From Vicugna vicugna (taxonomy: Eukaryota): a stretch of 64,000 nt of DNA. Position 1 is the first letter of the stretch. Each line of letters opens with the position of its first letter. The notes under the pieces were generated by a model, which worked only from the letters and a program-made list of their open reading frames with translations, did not search any database and was not told the DNA's origin. Both the position numbers and the translations under genes were made by a program. The stretch lies in contig MU058718.1 in NCBI GenBank assembly GCA_013265495.1, positions 744,001-808,000 of the forward strand. The letters are read 5' to 3'. Below are positions 14,944 to 28,715 of the stretch, piece after piece.

Positions 14944-16089
14944 CCCTGCTCTGTCCAAGGACTGAGCGGCTGATAAACACCACTTGCCATTTTAATTCAA
15001 CAGAACTCCAGCATTTCCTATTTTAACTCTTGGGTTCTTTCTCTCTAAATGAGAAGGGGGAAGAGTCAAAGGAAACCAGCAGCAGCAGCAATTCTTGTCC
15101 ACATTTTTCCTACTGAAAACACTGCCAACTAAACATATATGCACTGCACTTATTTCCATGTAACCCATCAGCACCTTTATATCAGAATCACACACGAGGT
15201 CCAGTTTTGATCTTACAGCTCACAGTTTCAATATTTTAACTGTGCTCAGATCATCTGCAAATACCACAATAATCTGGAAAATTTGCTAACACAGCTCATT
15301 CTGCCACTAAAAGAAAAATGTGAGAATAGGGAAGTTTTGTTTAAAATAAACAAACAAGAACAATGACAAGAAACCGTTCTCCTTTTCCAACTAGTGCTTG
15401 TTAAATGAAAGGTAAAGGTGAAAAGAATATTAAAGAATAAAGGGCAGAGCATAATTATTCTCTTGTTTAGCTGAGGTATACAAAAATACTCAAAGATTTC
15501 CCACTGCATGGTATTAAGTTGGATACTAACTTTCATGAAAAAGTTACCTCTTTAATAAGAAAGCTTAAACAATCACAAATGTTTAAAGAATCCAGACCTG
15601 TCATTTAATGTGGAGAATCCCTATGACACAGTGTCAACAGCTCCATGAACACTCAAACCAGAGTATCTGCAGGTACAGATACAGTGGTCACCACACAGCA
15701 TTTTATGTAACTTTACCCAAAAGAAATTCTTTAGCACTGACATCTGAAGTCCTTCATACTGGAAGAGGGCACACTCAATGATCTAATCAATCAAAGGATG
15801 AAAGTGGACACAAACTGAGGTTTGACCAGTTACAGTCAGGCCAGCCTATGGGGACTCTGGGCCAACAGCTACAAGTCCCAGGTGAATCACCAGATCCAGG
15901 CCTTGGTCCAGGCCCAGAGGTGGCTGATGTTCATCAGGAGACTTGTGTGTTTATTTCAGCTCTTGCTAACAAGCAAAAGCCCTGAAAAAGAATGCACAGT
16001 TATCTCTTCCTGAACCTTTTATTAAATACCCACATTCCTGAAATTTTTATCCCATTGTTTCAGTTGGTCATTTGAGAATAATGTCACCC

Positions 16090-16265
16090 TGCATTTATAT
16101 AACATGACGCACCTTACAAAGTACTTTCCACATATATAATCCCACTTCATCCTGGTAATAGCCCTGTGACGTTCATAGGGCTAACTCCATTTCACAGATG
16201 AGAAAACTGAGGCTCAAAAAGTTTAAATCATTTCTGAGTAATGATACCAAGAGCCTAAACCATGT
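16090..16265 (-). mobile_element. MIR SINE
   Basis: CCATTTCACAGATGAGAAAACTGAGGCTCA. Confidence 0.7.
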
Positions 16266-19200
16266 CTTCCGTAATGGACTGAAAAGTAACAGCATCTAAA
16301 TCTCTCATCTGGCCTTTATCACATACTTCTTGTTAACAGCACTAGGGTTCTCATCTTGTCTTGTTTTATTATTCAATCTTCATGCAGTTGGGTTTCTCTC
16401 CCAACTAAGATGTAAGCCTCATGTGCACAAGGGGTATGAGTTACATTTCTTTGTATTCATTCATCCATTCTTTCAACAAAAATGTACCGAGACCACCTAA
16501 GTCCAGGCACAACATTAGGTGCTGGAGGACAAAAGTGACTAAGACACAGGCTAGTCTGGAAGGAGAACAATGGCAGTGCCTTGTGACCAGGGCCTGCAGG
16601 GTGCCAGCGAGCCCTGAGGGGCCAGGGGACATGCTCAGGAGGAGTCTCAGCTCGTCCACTGCACCTCCACGCAAATGAATGCTTCACCAACCAGTGAATG
16701 AGATCCCTCCCACAGGCAGTGGGGCAGTCACGAACGACACCCAGTTCTCCTGGGATCTAGGGTAACTCCAGAGTGGCTGAGTCAGCTCCCGCATAAACCA
16801 AGAGGACATTACTGGAACTGTGATTAAAACATGCCAAAATAAAGCCAAACCTTCCTACACTCTCTCTGCCATTTCAAAATACGAGTGCTAATCATCCTCC
16901 AATGAAAACAAATCTGTGCTTTATTGTGAGTGAAGAAGCAAAAAAGAAGGGGGTCTGGAAACAACTTCAAAGAACAAGATCAGCCTGATGAACGCTGTCT
17001 CTGACAACCAGGTAAACAGAACATCTCCCACGCCCAGCACAGTCATTCAGTGTGGTGACCCTAGTGGCCGAGTCAGCCGTGGGAAGCTGTGGGAGACCAA
17101 GGTCTAGGTCATAGATGGCCGGGAAGCAACTGGGTGTAACCAGCCCTTCCCCTGCTAGCAGGTAGCCTTAGTTGACCTCAGTCTTCTCAAATCTTCAACA
17201 GAGGGGCTGGAGTAGATAAAGTCTCTTCCACCTCCTTAACTTAATGCTACTAGAAAATGAAGTAAGGAGAATTCACCCTCCGACCAACTGTAACATGTTT
17301 TCCTAAACTAATCTTTAGAAGTTTTCCACCATTTACAAACAATGGGAGAGGTTGTTTTAATTTACAGCCCTCACGTTGGTGCTTCGCCCAATTCCAGATC
17401 CTAAGGAGATCCTGACCCAGCTCATCGATTGCTAGTGTGTCAAAGTCAAAGATGCCATGAGCTATTAGATAACACACTCCTCATTCTTTCCTCTCCGTGG
17501 TTTGCCAACCTGTTTCCTTCCCCAGGTCCTGCCCGTTCATGCAGAGTCTTCCTAATAATAGAAAGGGAAATGTTTGGATCAATGCCTCTCACTTAATTTT
17601 TTTTAAATGCCAATGGAAAAAAGAAGCCAAGCCATATCAAGCTATGTAGGAGTAAAATACGATAAATAAGAGGGACATTTAAATGGACAAGCTGAAAAGA
17701 ATTCTTCCAAGATCGAATTTATTAAATGTTATCAAAACTACCATTAGATATCCTTAAGTGGTTTTCTTTTAAACACCTACATTTTTATTTACCCAAGAAC
17801 TGGAAGAGATCTGCAGCATTCACACAGTGGCAAGGATTCGACACGGGCTTTTAATATCAGAAATGCCTCGCTGACCTCAGTACATTTCTAAACCCTCTCA
17901 ACTCACCTTTCCTCATCTGTAAAACAGACACAATATCTACTTTCTATTATACACAGAGTATTATACTACTTTGTATTATACACATAGTATTATGCTACCT
18001 TGTAATATATATGTATATATACACAAAATATGTAATTCAGAAACCATTTACTAAGCACTTACTGTGCACTAGACTCTAGATAATAATAAGCACATTATCT
18101 AATTATTGCAATGTGTTGCACTGAATTTTCACAACCATTAGTTCTGCTTCTTTGCATCATTCATCTATTCGATAACTGCAGATAGCAATTGTGCATATGT
18201 GTGTATGTGTGTATCTGCACAGTGACTGACACACAGAAAACGCTAAAAAAAAACAAAAACAAAAAAGGAGGCGGGGCGAGGAAGAGGGGAAAAAGAAAGA
18301 AAAGATATCTATTCCCATACAAAGACTATTTTATGGTCACTTTTAGAACTATACAAAAAAAAAAAAAGAACTATACAGAGAGAACAAAAGAGACTTGGAG
18401 ACATAGACTGCAATTATGATTCACCTCTGCTAACAAATGACTGACATACTCAGAGTTTATCACTGCTACTGTGTGACCCCAAAGAAACAAGATTCCATTC
18501 AGTTCACTACAACTTTTCTGAAATGCGGTGGCCCTACTCTTCTTCATGACCCAGGCTTACCTCACTGCCTACTTCAAAAAAGAACAGAAAATCACCCTAT
18601 TTTGTATTTCCTAAACAAAGTGCCACAAATATGTAGCCCAAAGAGGCTAAGAAGTACAGGAGGAATACACTGGAAATGATTTAAAGAAGGCTTTTAAGAC
18701 CACCCTTATTCATTCACTCATTCATTTTCTCCTCTTGTCTCTCTGCTCTGCTCTGGACGGTTCTGGATAAGTTTTCTTATCTTTATTCCTGATTCACAGA
18801 AATCACAGAATCTTAAGGTTAGAAGGGACTTCGGAGGTCACTAAGAGGTCCCAACTTCTTTTCTAAAGAAACACACCATCCTCCTCCCTCCAGTCACACC
18901 CTGACTTATCCATCTCCTTCAGAGTATGTGTCCAGAACTGCACCTCAGACTCCAGGGACAGTCTGACCTACAGAGAAGACCTGTTCTGAATATAAAATTA
19001 TTATATATCGCATTATATACACAACATATCATTAAAAGTTTAGTGGCTTTGGGGCCAACCACACTGTGACATTATTCATACTAAGCTCTAAGTCTACTAA
19101 AAGCCAGAAGTCTTCTCCATGCATGCTGCTGCTAAGTCATGCTTCTTCCAACTGAGGTCTAGTGGATGCAAATGTAGAGGCTACACTTTCAGTGGTTAAA

Positions 19201-19309
19201 TAGCAATCATAATATATTCAAATATTTTAGATCACAATTCTGTCATCAAGTCCTCAGCTATCCCTCTCGGTTCATCCACAGATTTGATAACTACACCTTC
19301 TCAACCCAG

Positions 19310-19792
19310 TTTACACCTCAGTCCTTGCCATGGCTACCAGCTTCAGACAGGTATAACCTGACAGCATCCTACCTCCCTTATACCACTTCTCTCTAGCCTT
19401 CCACCTTGGGGCTTCTCTGACACCACAGTGTGCAACACGGTGGACAGGGTCAGCACTCGTGCATGTGGAAACCCCAAAATACAGAGACTTAGCACCCTGG
19501 GGCAACCATTGACCAAGGGGAGAGGAGAGCCTGCTGATAATACCCACCTCATCTGTCCCTTCTGAGACAGAGTCTGTGTGGCTCCTGGAGGGTCCCCATG
19601 GGACTGAGCCCTAGTGCCCATGACAGTGACCAGCTTAATTACACAGGCTTGTGCTGGCTTCCCCCACCCCACCCTGTTTCTCTCCTCCCCGGCCCCTATT
19701 CCTTTTCCCCAGGATCACTGCCCAAAAATAAACTACTTGCACACCAGCCCTTGCCTTGGGCTCTGCTTTCTTGGAGACCCTAGGCTAAGTCA
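19310..19792 (+). mobile_element. Solo LTR, LTR16-like (ERVL), inserted within an L3/CR1 remnant
   Basis: 3' end AAATAAACTACTTGCAC...GGGCTCTGCTTTCTTGGAGACCCTAGGCTAAG is typical of LTR16. Confidence 0.65.
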
Positions 19793-21011
19793 CAGTCAAG
19801 AGGAATACTGATGTAGAACACGTGAGCCCCGAGGCACAGCACCAAAGCTCTCCCTTAAGGCTGACGGCAGCCTGTCAGTCACTGAAGTCACTCTAAGGCC
19901 ACACAACTAGACTCTCACCCAGCCCCCACATCTCCTATTTATTCATCAGAAAATAAGGCGCTCTGTCAAAGGCTGTGCTGAAACTTAGATATGGGACGCC
20001 TACCAGGATTCCTGTAATCTGCCCAGAATACAGAATTCTCTCCATAAATGCTATCTCCCTTCCTTCCCCAATCCCTCATCAAAAGGGAAATGACACCACT
20101 TCTCCATGACCCAGTCTTCCCATTCTTAGGAAAACCAGGCTGCTTCCTATTTAGTCGTCCAAACACAAGTCAAGTTTCGGATACTCTTCTGGTTATCTTG
20201 CATAGGATCAGTGTTAATCTCACACAACCTTACAAGGTACAGAATTTACTTTCTCCCTGCTTCTTCCCTTCACAAACAGAGACAACATTATTTATGGAGG
20301 TGTCTGATGATTCACCTATTATTCCTGTACAACTCCAGAAATTCAGAAGTGGTTTCACATTGCCATTCAAGTCACATATTTAAATCACATATTTGGTGCA
20401 CATACTCACACAGATAGAAATGTACACAGCGAAAGTCCGTATTCTATATGTATTTATGCTGCACACACAAGCACTTGAATTCCACTGGCAGATCAGGATA
20501 AGCTGCTTCAGAAATTTCAATGATTGCACTTTATGGGAGTACGCTGGGGAAGTAGGAAGGGATCTCTCCCATCCGGTCTCCGGAATTAACATCCCTGCTC
20601 TTTCCAGCTCAACTTTACAGTCCATAGCATCAGCGAAAAAAAAAAAAATCTTTTCCGGAGCCTCATTTTCCATGGGACACTGATTATCAGAATGCCTGGA
20701 AATTCCAGCGGGGGGCACAGTCAAAAAGCTCGGGAAATGCCACGACAGAGCCCAGCTCTGCCTTCCTCAATCCCAGACTCCATTCAGGCTGTCTCTGAGC
20801 CTGGGGAAATCACAGAGATTTCAAGCTGCTCTCCTTGGAAAGTGAGTGTCGGGGGTGGAGATGGGGTTTGGTGGGGTTGGCAGGGGGGTACTTCCTAAAA
20901 CCTTTCATGTAAGTTTTCATTTGCAAACAAAAATCTTATGATACCAACGCATAAACTTGAAAGCCAACCCACCAATTACCTCTAAATTACCTTCCACCTC
21001 TAATAGTCTAT

Positions 21012-21183
21012 GATTTTCTACTCAAAGTGTGGTCCACAGACCTGCCGCAGCAGCATCACCTGGGAGTTTATTAGAAATGCAGGCGCTCAGGGCCCCCTCC
21101 GCCGCAGACCTCCTCAGTAAGAATTTCCAGTTTAATAAGAGCCCCAAGTGATCTGTATGCGCATTAAACTTTGAAAACTGGTT
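21012..21183. mobile_element. MER5A-like hAT-Charlie element
   Basis: CTCAAAGTGTGGTCC...AGCATCACCTGGGAG...TTAGAAATGCAG...AACTTTGAAAACTG. Confidence 0.75.
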
Positions 21184-21745
21184 TAAGATACTTTTATCTT
21201 CTCCTGTAAGTGTTTAAGATGTTTCATTTTAACACTAGTTCTAACCAAAGTAATATACAAAAGTATTCTACCAAAAGGAGCCAAGAGAACTATTACTAAC
21301 TCTCACAATTTTATGGGTAATTTTAGGGATAAAAATTCGGGTTGAGCTGATGTATGTTTAAGTATGTTAGAAATCAGAGGAGTGTTTGGATTGCTCCTTC
21401 TTCCATTCCTGATGGACAACAGGCACCATGCTCCCCTCTCTCTAATGTACTCACACTCATCCTTCAAAGGCCCTGCAAGCCTGCGCCTTACATGGCCCAT
21501 GCATGGAGTGACCCCATATGTGTGGTTTCCTTCATACAATGCTCATTAAAAGTATTAAAAAGGCAAGACCCTCATGAGCCCTGAAACACTTGTTTCAAAT
21601 GACACACTCAAGTTTACTTTTCCCATTCATTCCTTCTTGGATGACCCATCCCATTCTGTTCTCTCCCCTCCACTCAACTCCAGTTTTGTTCTCTCATTGG
21701 AACCACAGCATTTAGCCAATCTTTATAGGCTAATTACTATACATA

Positions 21746-22209
21746 CAGATCTTCCTCAGCTTATGATGGGGTTGCCTCCAGATAAACCCATAATAAGTTG
21801 AAAATGCATTTAATACACCTAACCTACCAAACATCATAGCTTAGTCTTGCCCACCTTAAACATACTCAGAACACTTCCATTAGCTTACAGTTGGGCAAAA
21901 TGATCCAACACAAAGCCTATCTTATAACAGTGTTGAACACCTCATGCAGTGTACTGAATCCTGCACTGAAAGTGGAAAACAGAATGCAAGGGTGCAGAAT
22001 GGTTGTAAGAGTGTCGGTTGTCTACCCTTGTGAGCATGTGGCTGACTGCCCAGCATCACAAGAGGATTGTGGGGCAGATATCTATCTAGCCTGGGAGAAG
22101 ATCAAAATTCAAAATTTGAAGAACGGTTTCTACTAAATGCATGTCGCTTTGGGAATTATAAAGTCTAGATATCATCTAATTCAAACCCCTATAAGTCAGG
22201 GATCATCTG
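21746..22209 (+). mobile_element. MER47-like TcMar-Tigger non-autonomous DNA transposon
   Basis: TIRs CAGATCTTCCTCAGCTTATGATGGGGTT ... AACCCCTATAAGTCAGGGATCATCTG; TA on the left, TG on the right. Confidence 0.8.
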
Positions 22210-24016
22210 TGTATATGATGCTTCACCTCCACAACTTGAGTGTAAGCTCCTTGAGAGGTCTCATCACGTCTACCTTACCGCTGGACACAGCTCCCAGCTC
22301 GCGGCTGCAGGACTTGGTAAATTAACATGTACTGAGGAACCGGTCCCACAGTTTCTTACCAGATACTCAGTCTTCTGCAGATGCCATTTAATGGTATTAC
22401 CTATTGTGTAAAAGAAACCATTGAGTTGTGTGATTGACTTTTTCCCCCTGGTAAGCCAAGACAAGGAAAACTGTACTGAAATGATGATATACAGAGTGGC
22501 AACAGAACCCTAGAACTAAGCTAGAGTCCCAAGGAGCACAATGCTCTTGCACAAAAGCAGCAGGTTCCTCCACACTCCAAGCTGGCTCTTGGGGTGCAGG
22601 CTTCAGAGCAAGACCCAAGCCTTGACTAGCTAACCTTGAGAGAAAGCTTGGCTCAGCTTCTGAAAGTTCTGTTTTCCTTGGGAGATTCCTGCCTCAGGCA
22701 GCTTCCACAGAAACAAAAAATAGCTCAGAGGAGACGTCTGATTCTGCATCTCCATCTATGTGAACTGGATGAACTCAGTATGGCCTTGGAAGGAATGATT
22801 TAGAAAAGAGGAAAATGAAGGATCAAGTTAAAAACTCAAAGCAGTAACTCTATTTTTAAAAGAAAAAAAGGCTTTTATGAGCACCACACCTTTCCTAGCA
22901 AATGAGTTGTATAAAGCACTTCCCTTGTGGATAAAAACCTCCAAATTTCTCCCCAGGTCAAGGAGGAGGGGTATTCCCTCTTCTCTGGTGTTGACAATTC
23001 TCATTAGAATTACGCTTCTGCAGGACATACTGGGGAGTTTTTAGCCCTTCCAACCCTCATTTTACCCTCCTTTGTTTATTTAAACATAAACAAGCCAATT
23101 TGACTGCTGTTAAGTTTGTCTGCCTTCTCCTTGCTTTAGTGGGACCTGTTTATAACACAAACTCAGTTGCTGAAGCCTTTGAGCATCCAAGCTAAACAAC
23201 CAAATCCAACTTATTTGCAACAAAGATCGCAAATGTGTACGACCTGCTCGCTGTCACCCCAGGCCAAACCAAAGAAAATTACAAACCCTAAGTGAAAAGT
23301 GTTTCAGACATAAAGTCCCTGTATATTTCAATCCACAAAATGATTTTTTCTTTTCACATTCACCAACTGAAGGGAAAAAGTGGTGACAAATAATTTGGAA
23401 AAACCAGGTCAGCACCACATTTTTTTAGGACCCAAAATGACAGAGAATAGAACAACACAGCTTAAATACAGGAGGCAAAGCACAGTTGGCTTTTATCTTT
23501 CCAGGGTTCCAAGTCATCTTCAGTCTCTTCTTGATAATCCTTGAAATTAAAAGATGCCCTATCATTTAAGAAAACATTATTTATATAAATTCCATACTAA
23601 TTAGAGGCAAATTTAAACCTGGGGGACAGAAAAGGTCCTCAATGGACTGTTAACAAGTAGCTTCCAGACAATAACAAAGTTTTGTTTGCTCCATTCTACC
23701 CATGAGAAAATTATGGCTCAGAAATTAATTGACTAGCCCCATCTGACTGATTTCAAAATCCACACTCTAAGAATCCTCCAGACATATCCCCTCCCATGGG
23801 TATAAATAAATGGCCACCTGGATAATACCTTCTTTTCCTCTCTATCTCAAGCCCTCCTTCTCCCCAATATAGCAATGCTGAAAGCAACAAAGCTGCCTTA
23901 GCCTGATGACGCCACCATGTGGCCAACATGGAAAACTGTCTGAACCAAATTGCCTCACCTCTCCCATTTTTGCCTCTCAGACAATCATGCACATATGAAA
24001 AAGCTTTCTCAAAGGT

Positions 24017-24018
<2 letters not shown>

Positions 24019-24052
<34 letters not shown>
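24019..24052 (+). repeat. (AC)17 microsatellite
   Basis: Direct reading. Confidence 0.95.
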
Positions 24053-24058
<6 letters not shown>

Positions 24059-24119
24059 CCCTCTTTCATCATTCATCTCCTCTTCTCTCCCCTCCTCTTG
24101 CTCAGCACACTGCTGCCTA

Positions 24120-24665
24120 AAAATCTTCTTGGCTTCTCTATCATCTCTGCAGAATTGAGTCAAATTCCTTAGCTGGTAAAGTCCTGCAAACACATGGCTT
24201 CTGTTTTAACTTCTGCCTCTTAGAGCCCAGCATTCTACACCCTTCCAGCCACTCTAAACTCACTATTTCTTGTACACAACCAGGCCCTTTCATAAGACAA
24301 CATTTTTATAAATGCTATCCCTTCTGCTTGGAAAACACCTTCATGCCTGCTCTCCACAATCCTTTTTAAATATTGAACCAAATTCTATTCACCATTCAAA
24401 ACTCAACTCAAACATATCTCTTCAGTAGAGTCTTCCCTGACTCCCCCAGGCAATTAGCTGTAGGTTCACGAAGCTCCCAGAACCTCTCCCCTCCACGTTT
24501 TTTATTTCTGTATCTGTGCATCTGCACTTGCGATACTGACTAGTCATTTACTCAACATGGGTATCTATGCACCAGGCACTGGAATACAGTAAGTTACTTC
24601 TGATTCCCACTGCATAACACAGGGCCAGGAAAGTAGTAGGCAGTTAGTAAATGTTTTTGAATGAA
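24120..24665 (+). mobile_element. L2 3' remnant
   Basis: L2 motifs TCTTCCCTGACTCCCC and GTAGGCAGTTAGTAAATGTTTTTGAATGAA. Confidence 0.6.
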
Positions 24666-25608
24666 AAACTGAAAGAAAACTACAAACAAGATCTCATCCA
24701 ATGTCATCAGGAAAGCTTATACCCTTCAGCTTTTCTTTTACTCAATCTGTGATCTAAAAAATCAACTCAGGGTGTGGCATACTTATACTATGGAAACCAA
24801 AAACCATAAAAATCACAGAACCAACATCTTCACCCTCTAATGAGTGCAAATACACCCACAAGTCCTTTTCAATCTTCACAATTAGTTTAGTCTCCAACAC
24901 TACCGTTTCAGACAACCCTTCCTCTTGTACTTCATTATAAATAGAGTAACAATCTCTTTGCCATTTATTGATTACAAACATATCCAATTTTCCCACAAAA
25001 ATGCTCTGTTTTGTGAGTTAATAAGTTTGTGGATTTATTTGTGAATCTCCATTTATTACACTATTTCCACTGGAAAATATATATGAAGTTCAAATGACAA
25101 AAGTCTTAAACTACTGCCATGCAACCTATTTTCCAATGGGTTCTATTTTTAGGTATCAAATGACATTTTAGCCCCAGAAATAGTCATCTCCAAACTGAGA
25201 CTGGCCAGAAATCTTAATGGTCACTTGGGCTGGTGGCTGGAGGACATGCATCTGAGGTTATGAGGGTTCTGGAAATAAGCCTCTACTTTAGAGAGCTGAT
25301 CATCATCAATACCCACTGACCAAATCTGGAGTGACACACATCCACACACAACACACACACACACACACAAATCCATAAGTACTAACTCAACCATGTTCTC
25401 ATGGTCTCAGATGATCATGAACCTAAGACAAAGGATGAAGCAGTGAACCACTAGAATCTCAATAAACGCTAAATTTAAGAGAACGAAAGTTAGTATCAAA
25501 ATACATCCCACAGACATCAAATAAACTATGTTTAATGTGAAAGCTTATCTCGCTACTTAAAGTCAGCCCTGGAGAAAACAGAGCCAAGTTCACGCTATCA
25601 CTAATGAT

Positions 25609-25646
<38 letters not shown>
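25609..25646 (+). repeat. (TTG)12 microsatellite
   Basis: Direct reading. Confidence 0.95.
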
Positions 25647-28519
25647 ATACTGAGATCAAGCTCCAGATAGGAATTTTGTTCCCATTCACCAAGTTTTAAA
25701 ACCTCTCGTCATCAGAAGAAATGTGTATGTTTGTTTAATTGATGATTACAAAATAAAGTAAGTGATATATGATGAACCTGGTATAGGAAACCTCAGCCAG
25801 TCAATGAATAAGTCATTCTACACAGCCTAGATTTCTGAATGGGTAAGAGCTTTACATACCAAAACAGTTTTAGAGGTTAATTTTCTTGAATGTTAATATT
25901 TCCAACATTCATGCAATATTTCCCTCTCTTCTCAAAGAGTGTATTTTAAAATGTATCTTTTTTGACAGTTCACTCTCATTAATGAAAGATAGCAATTACT
26001 GATTTATGTTATTACAAAGTAATACTTGAGGGGCCAATTGAGTGTTCCTACCCTAATATTCCCAAACCTTCAGGGCTTTTGCTCCCAATTCTTATGTTTA
26101 GAGTTATGATTTTTCTGTCTCTTTCCTAGTTGTCAAGCTGTCAAGGGTCACTTTTCACTGCTGGTTACAACCACCCCTCATCCCATTCCAAATGTGGTAC
26201 CCCATACATGCTATGGACTATTTTTTAAGTTAAAAAAAAGTAAGGATTGTTATCTAACAGAAGAGTAACTGTGTTCTAAAAGGGGGTCTGAGGTATTCTC
26301 CCAGCCTTTACATCATCTATTCTGGTTGCTGAGTGGGCATTTTTTGCCCCATTCTTGGTTCTTGGCTAGATTCCAGATACACTAGGGAGCTAAGCTCCAG
26401 ACTCGGGCATTCTACGACAAATCTTGATGCTCTTTATGATCCCATTATGCAGAAGTAAATCAAACTATCACATGCCCTCACTAATGAATTTCTCTACTGG
26501 CCACACAACAAAACAACTACAAAGTTTCCAAGGAAGCAAAATGTCCAGGTTGAAAGATTGAACCAGAGATGGTTAAATGGTCTCTATCTTACATAATGGT
26601 TATGGTTTCATATATCCACAGCATTTAGCATCATGAACAGGTAGGCATCTTACTCAAATAAGTATGGTTAAAAATTTTTTTTGAGGCAAAAAACTACCAA
26701 GTGATTTTAAAAACTCACAGAAGTCCAATTTTTTCCCTTGGGTTATTAAGTTATAAGATTTTTAAGCAAAGCAATTTCTTTTTAATTCCATATATCTAAT
26801 TGCTTCACCTACTAAACTGACTGCTGCTATACTGGGGAAAGTCTTCTTTACTCAAAGGGGAAAAAATGTTGCTCTAATAGTTGAGTAACCTAAAGATTAA
26901 TTATCATTATTTTAAACAGTCCCTACAAGCACTGAGGTCAAGCATTCAACAGAAACTAATGTACTTAATTTTTTTGCATTCTATAAAACATAAAAGTTTA
27001 GATAACCTTGTTCATCAAACTTGAGATACCAAAACCAAGAAACCATCAAACCTGAGAAACCAAAACCAAGCACGTGATAAGAATGGAAGTAAAGAGAATC
27101 TATCATCAGTTATCCTAGTTACATTTCTACACTCTTAGGAAGGAGGCTGGCCTTTCAGCTATTTAGAAACATAGAACTGAAGGGGAAGGGGGTCCTGCTG
27201 CTGCCACCCTTGAGAGTAGGGGGTGGGCTACTGGGCTCAGGCTGAATCCCCGTGGGGCCTGTGGGATATCCTCAGGACGGCCCCCCATACTTGGTAGCAC
27301 AAGAGCATCTGGGTGCAGTCCTATCTGGTCAGGAAAAGAACTGCGAGGATTTCCAGTGGTCACTTCCAGCCTATGATTCTATATATGGAAACATCCCATC
27401 CTGGTGTTTCCAGCATCATGAGCACCACATCAGGGAGGAGGAGTGAGGAGCAGGCCAGCCCTCCTCCTGCCGCCCGGCAGGCACACTCACTTTAGCGTCT
27501 CCCAGGCCCTGCTGCCCTGGACTGGACCTTGTCATCAAATGGCAGCCCAGACCTCTGCTGAGTCTTGCAGGCGGGCGGCCCTAACATGGAACAGCTGGAA
27601 GAGGACCTTGCATTCTTTTCTCTGCGTAAACACTGGGGGCTCTGTTCACCCTCTGGCTGCAGCATGAACTGAAGAATTTCCCCTATCCAAAATTACAACC
27701 AACAGACCTTTTCCCCACCCCCCATCCTCACCCCCCACCCATTCGAGTGTATTCACTTTCTACACTAGTTGAGGTGTTGGTAGATACTAGCAGGGTAATA
27801 GGAAACGATTCTGTTATGTTCAGTAAAGTTTCCTAACAAAAGCATTTAAGGACCCTGATTGCTGCCCGCTCCCTACGAGACCCTTTCTGTAAGATCCATA
27901 TCAATACGAATAACGTCGTGACAGTTAAGTACAACCACGTAGTATATGAACGAATCGCAAATATCGTGTTAATAGTCTGTAGCGTCACCTACATATTATT
28001 CTGAAGACGGAGCTCTAAAACTGGAATATCAGTGGGGAAAAAAAGGAGTAACAATATTGGATTTTCATGTATTCCTCACACAGCCTAATCAAAGCTCGGC
28101 TTGTGAAGGGCAGTCCTTGGCTCCTCATGTGTTGCTGAAATCCGGAGAGCCACGTTGCCCAGAAGAAGAAAAAAGAAAAAAAGCCCAGAAAATCCTGACT
28201 CTACGTGACCTGACTTACTTATTTCCCAGGAAACTGCATGAGAGAAAAATCAATCATTCATGCTACCGTAGCTACCACACGGAATGGACTGACGGAGTTG
28301 ACAGTGGGCAAACCCGAAGCGGCCAGCGGAGGTAAATGGGAGGCAGGGCCTGGGGAGGGGGCGGGTTGGGAGGAGATGCCAGGGGTCGGGGGGCCACGCG
28401 GTTGGGTCTTAGCGGACTAGCGGTCGGGGGCGGGGCCCAGGCCCGAGGCTGGGAAGCAGGGGCGGGGGTGGGGGGTGGAGAGGACCGGACAGCAGGACTG
28501 CGGGCGGCCGCGCACTTAC

Positions 28520-28715
28520 CCGGACTGTTGGCCTCGCCTTCGAGGACGTGCAGCTCGGCGCAGTCGGCCAGAGAGTGCTCCAGGCAGAGCTGGAGGAAGC
28601 GGGCCTGGGTCTGGCTCACGCGCTTGAGCAGCGACAGCAGCGCAACAGTCTGTTCGCACTCGTTCCAGCCCTTAAACCAGCCCGCCAGCACCCCGACCTG
28701 GTCGCGAAACATCAT
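28520..28715 (-). CDS. SAMD4A: SAMD4A (Smaug homolog 1) first coding exon, coding part (196 nt, phase-1 end)
   Basis: Translates to [65 protein letters not shown](G), the recognised Smaug1 N-terminus. Start context is ACC-ATG, with an in-frame TAG at 28739-28737. Donor is CCGG|GTAAGT at 28520/28519. The ORF-track extension to 28272 is intron read-through. Confidence 0.97.

Larger units (their letters stand above)
1..28519 (-). other. SAMD4A: SAMD4A intron following the first coding exon (continues beyond the window)
   Basis: Starts at the GTAAGT donor. I did not recognise the next Smaug1 exon (IINQWQQ...) in 1-28519, and the region is repeat-rich. Confidence 0.85.

Noticed and set aside
23753..24193. 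146-aa ORF (also the ORFs at 53833-54190)
   Set aside because: Kept open by dinucleotide repeats (VCVC, HTHT, ERER).
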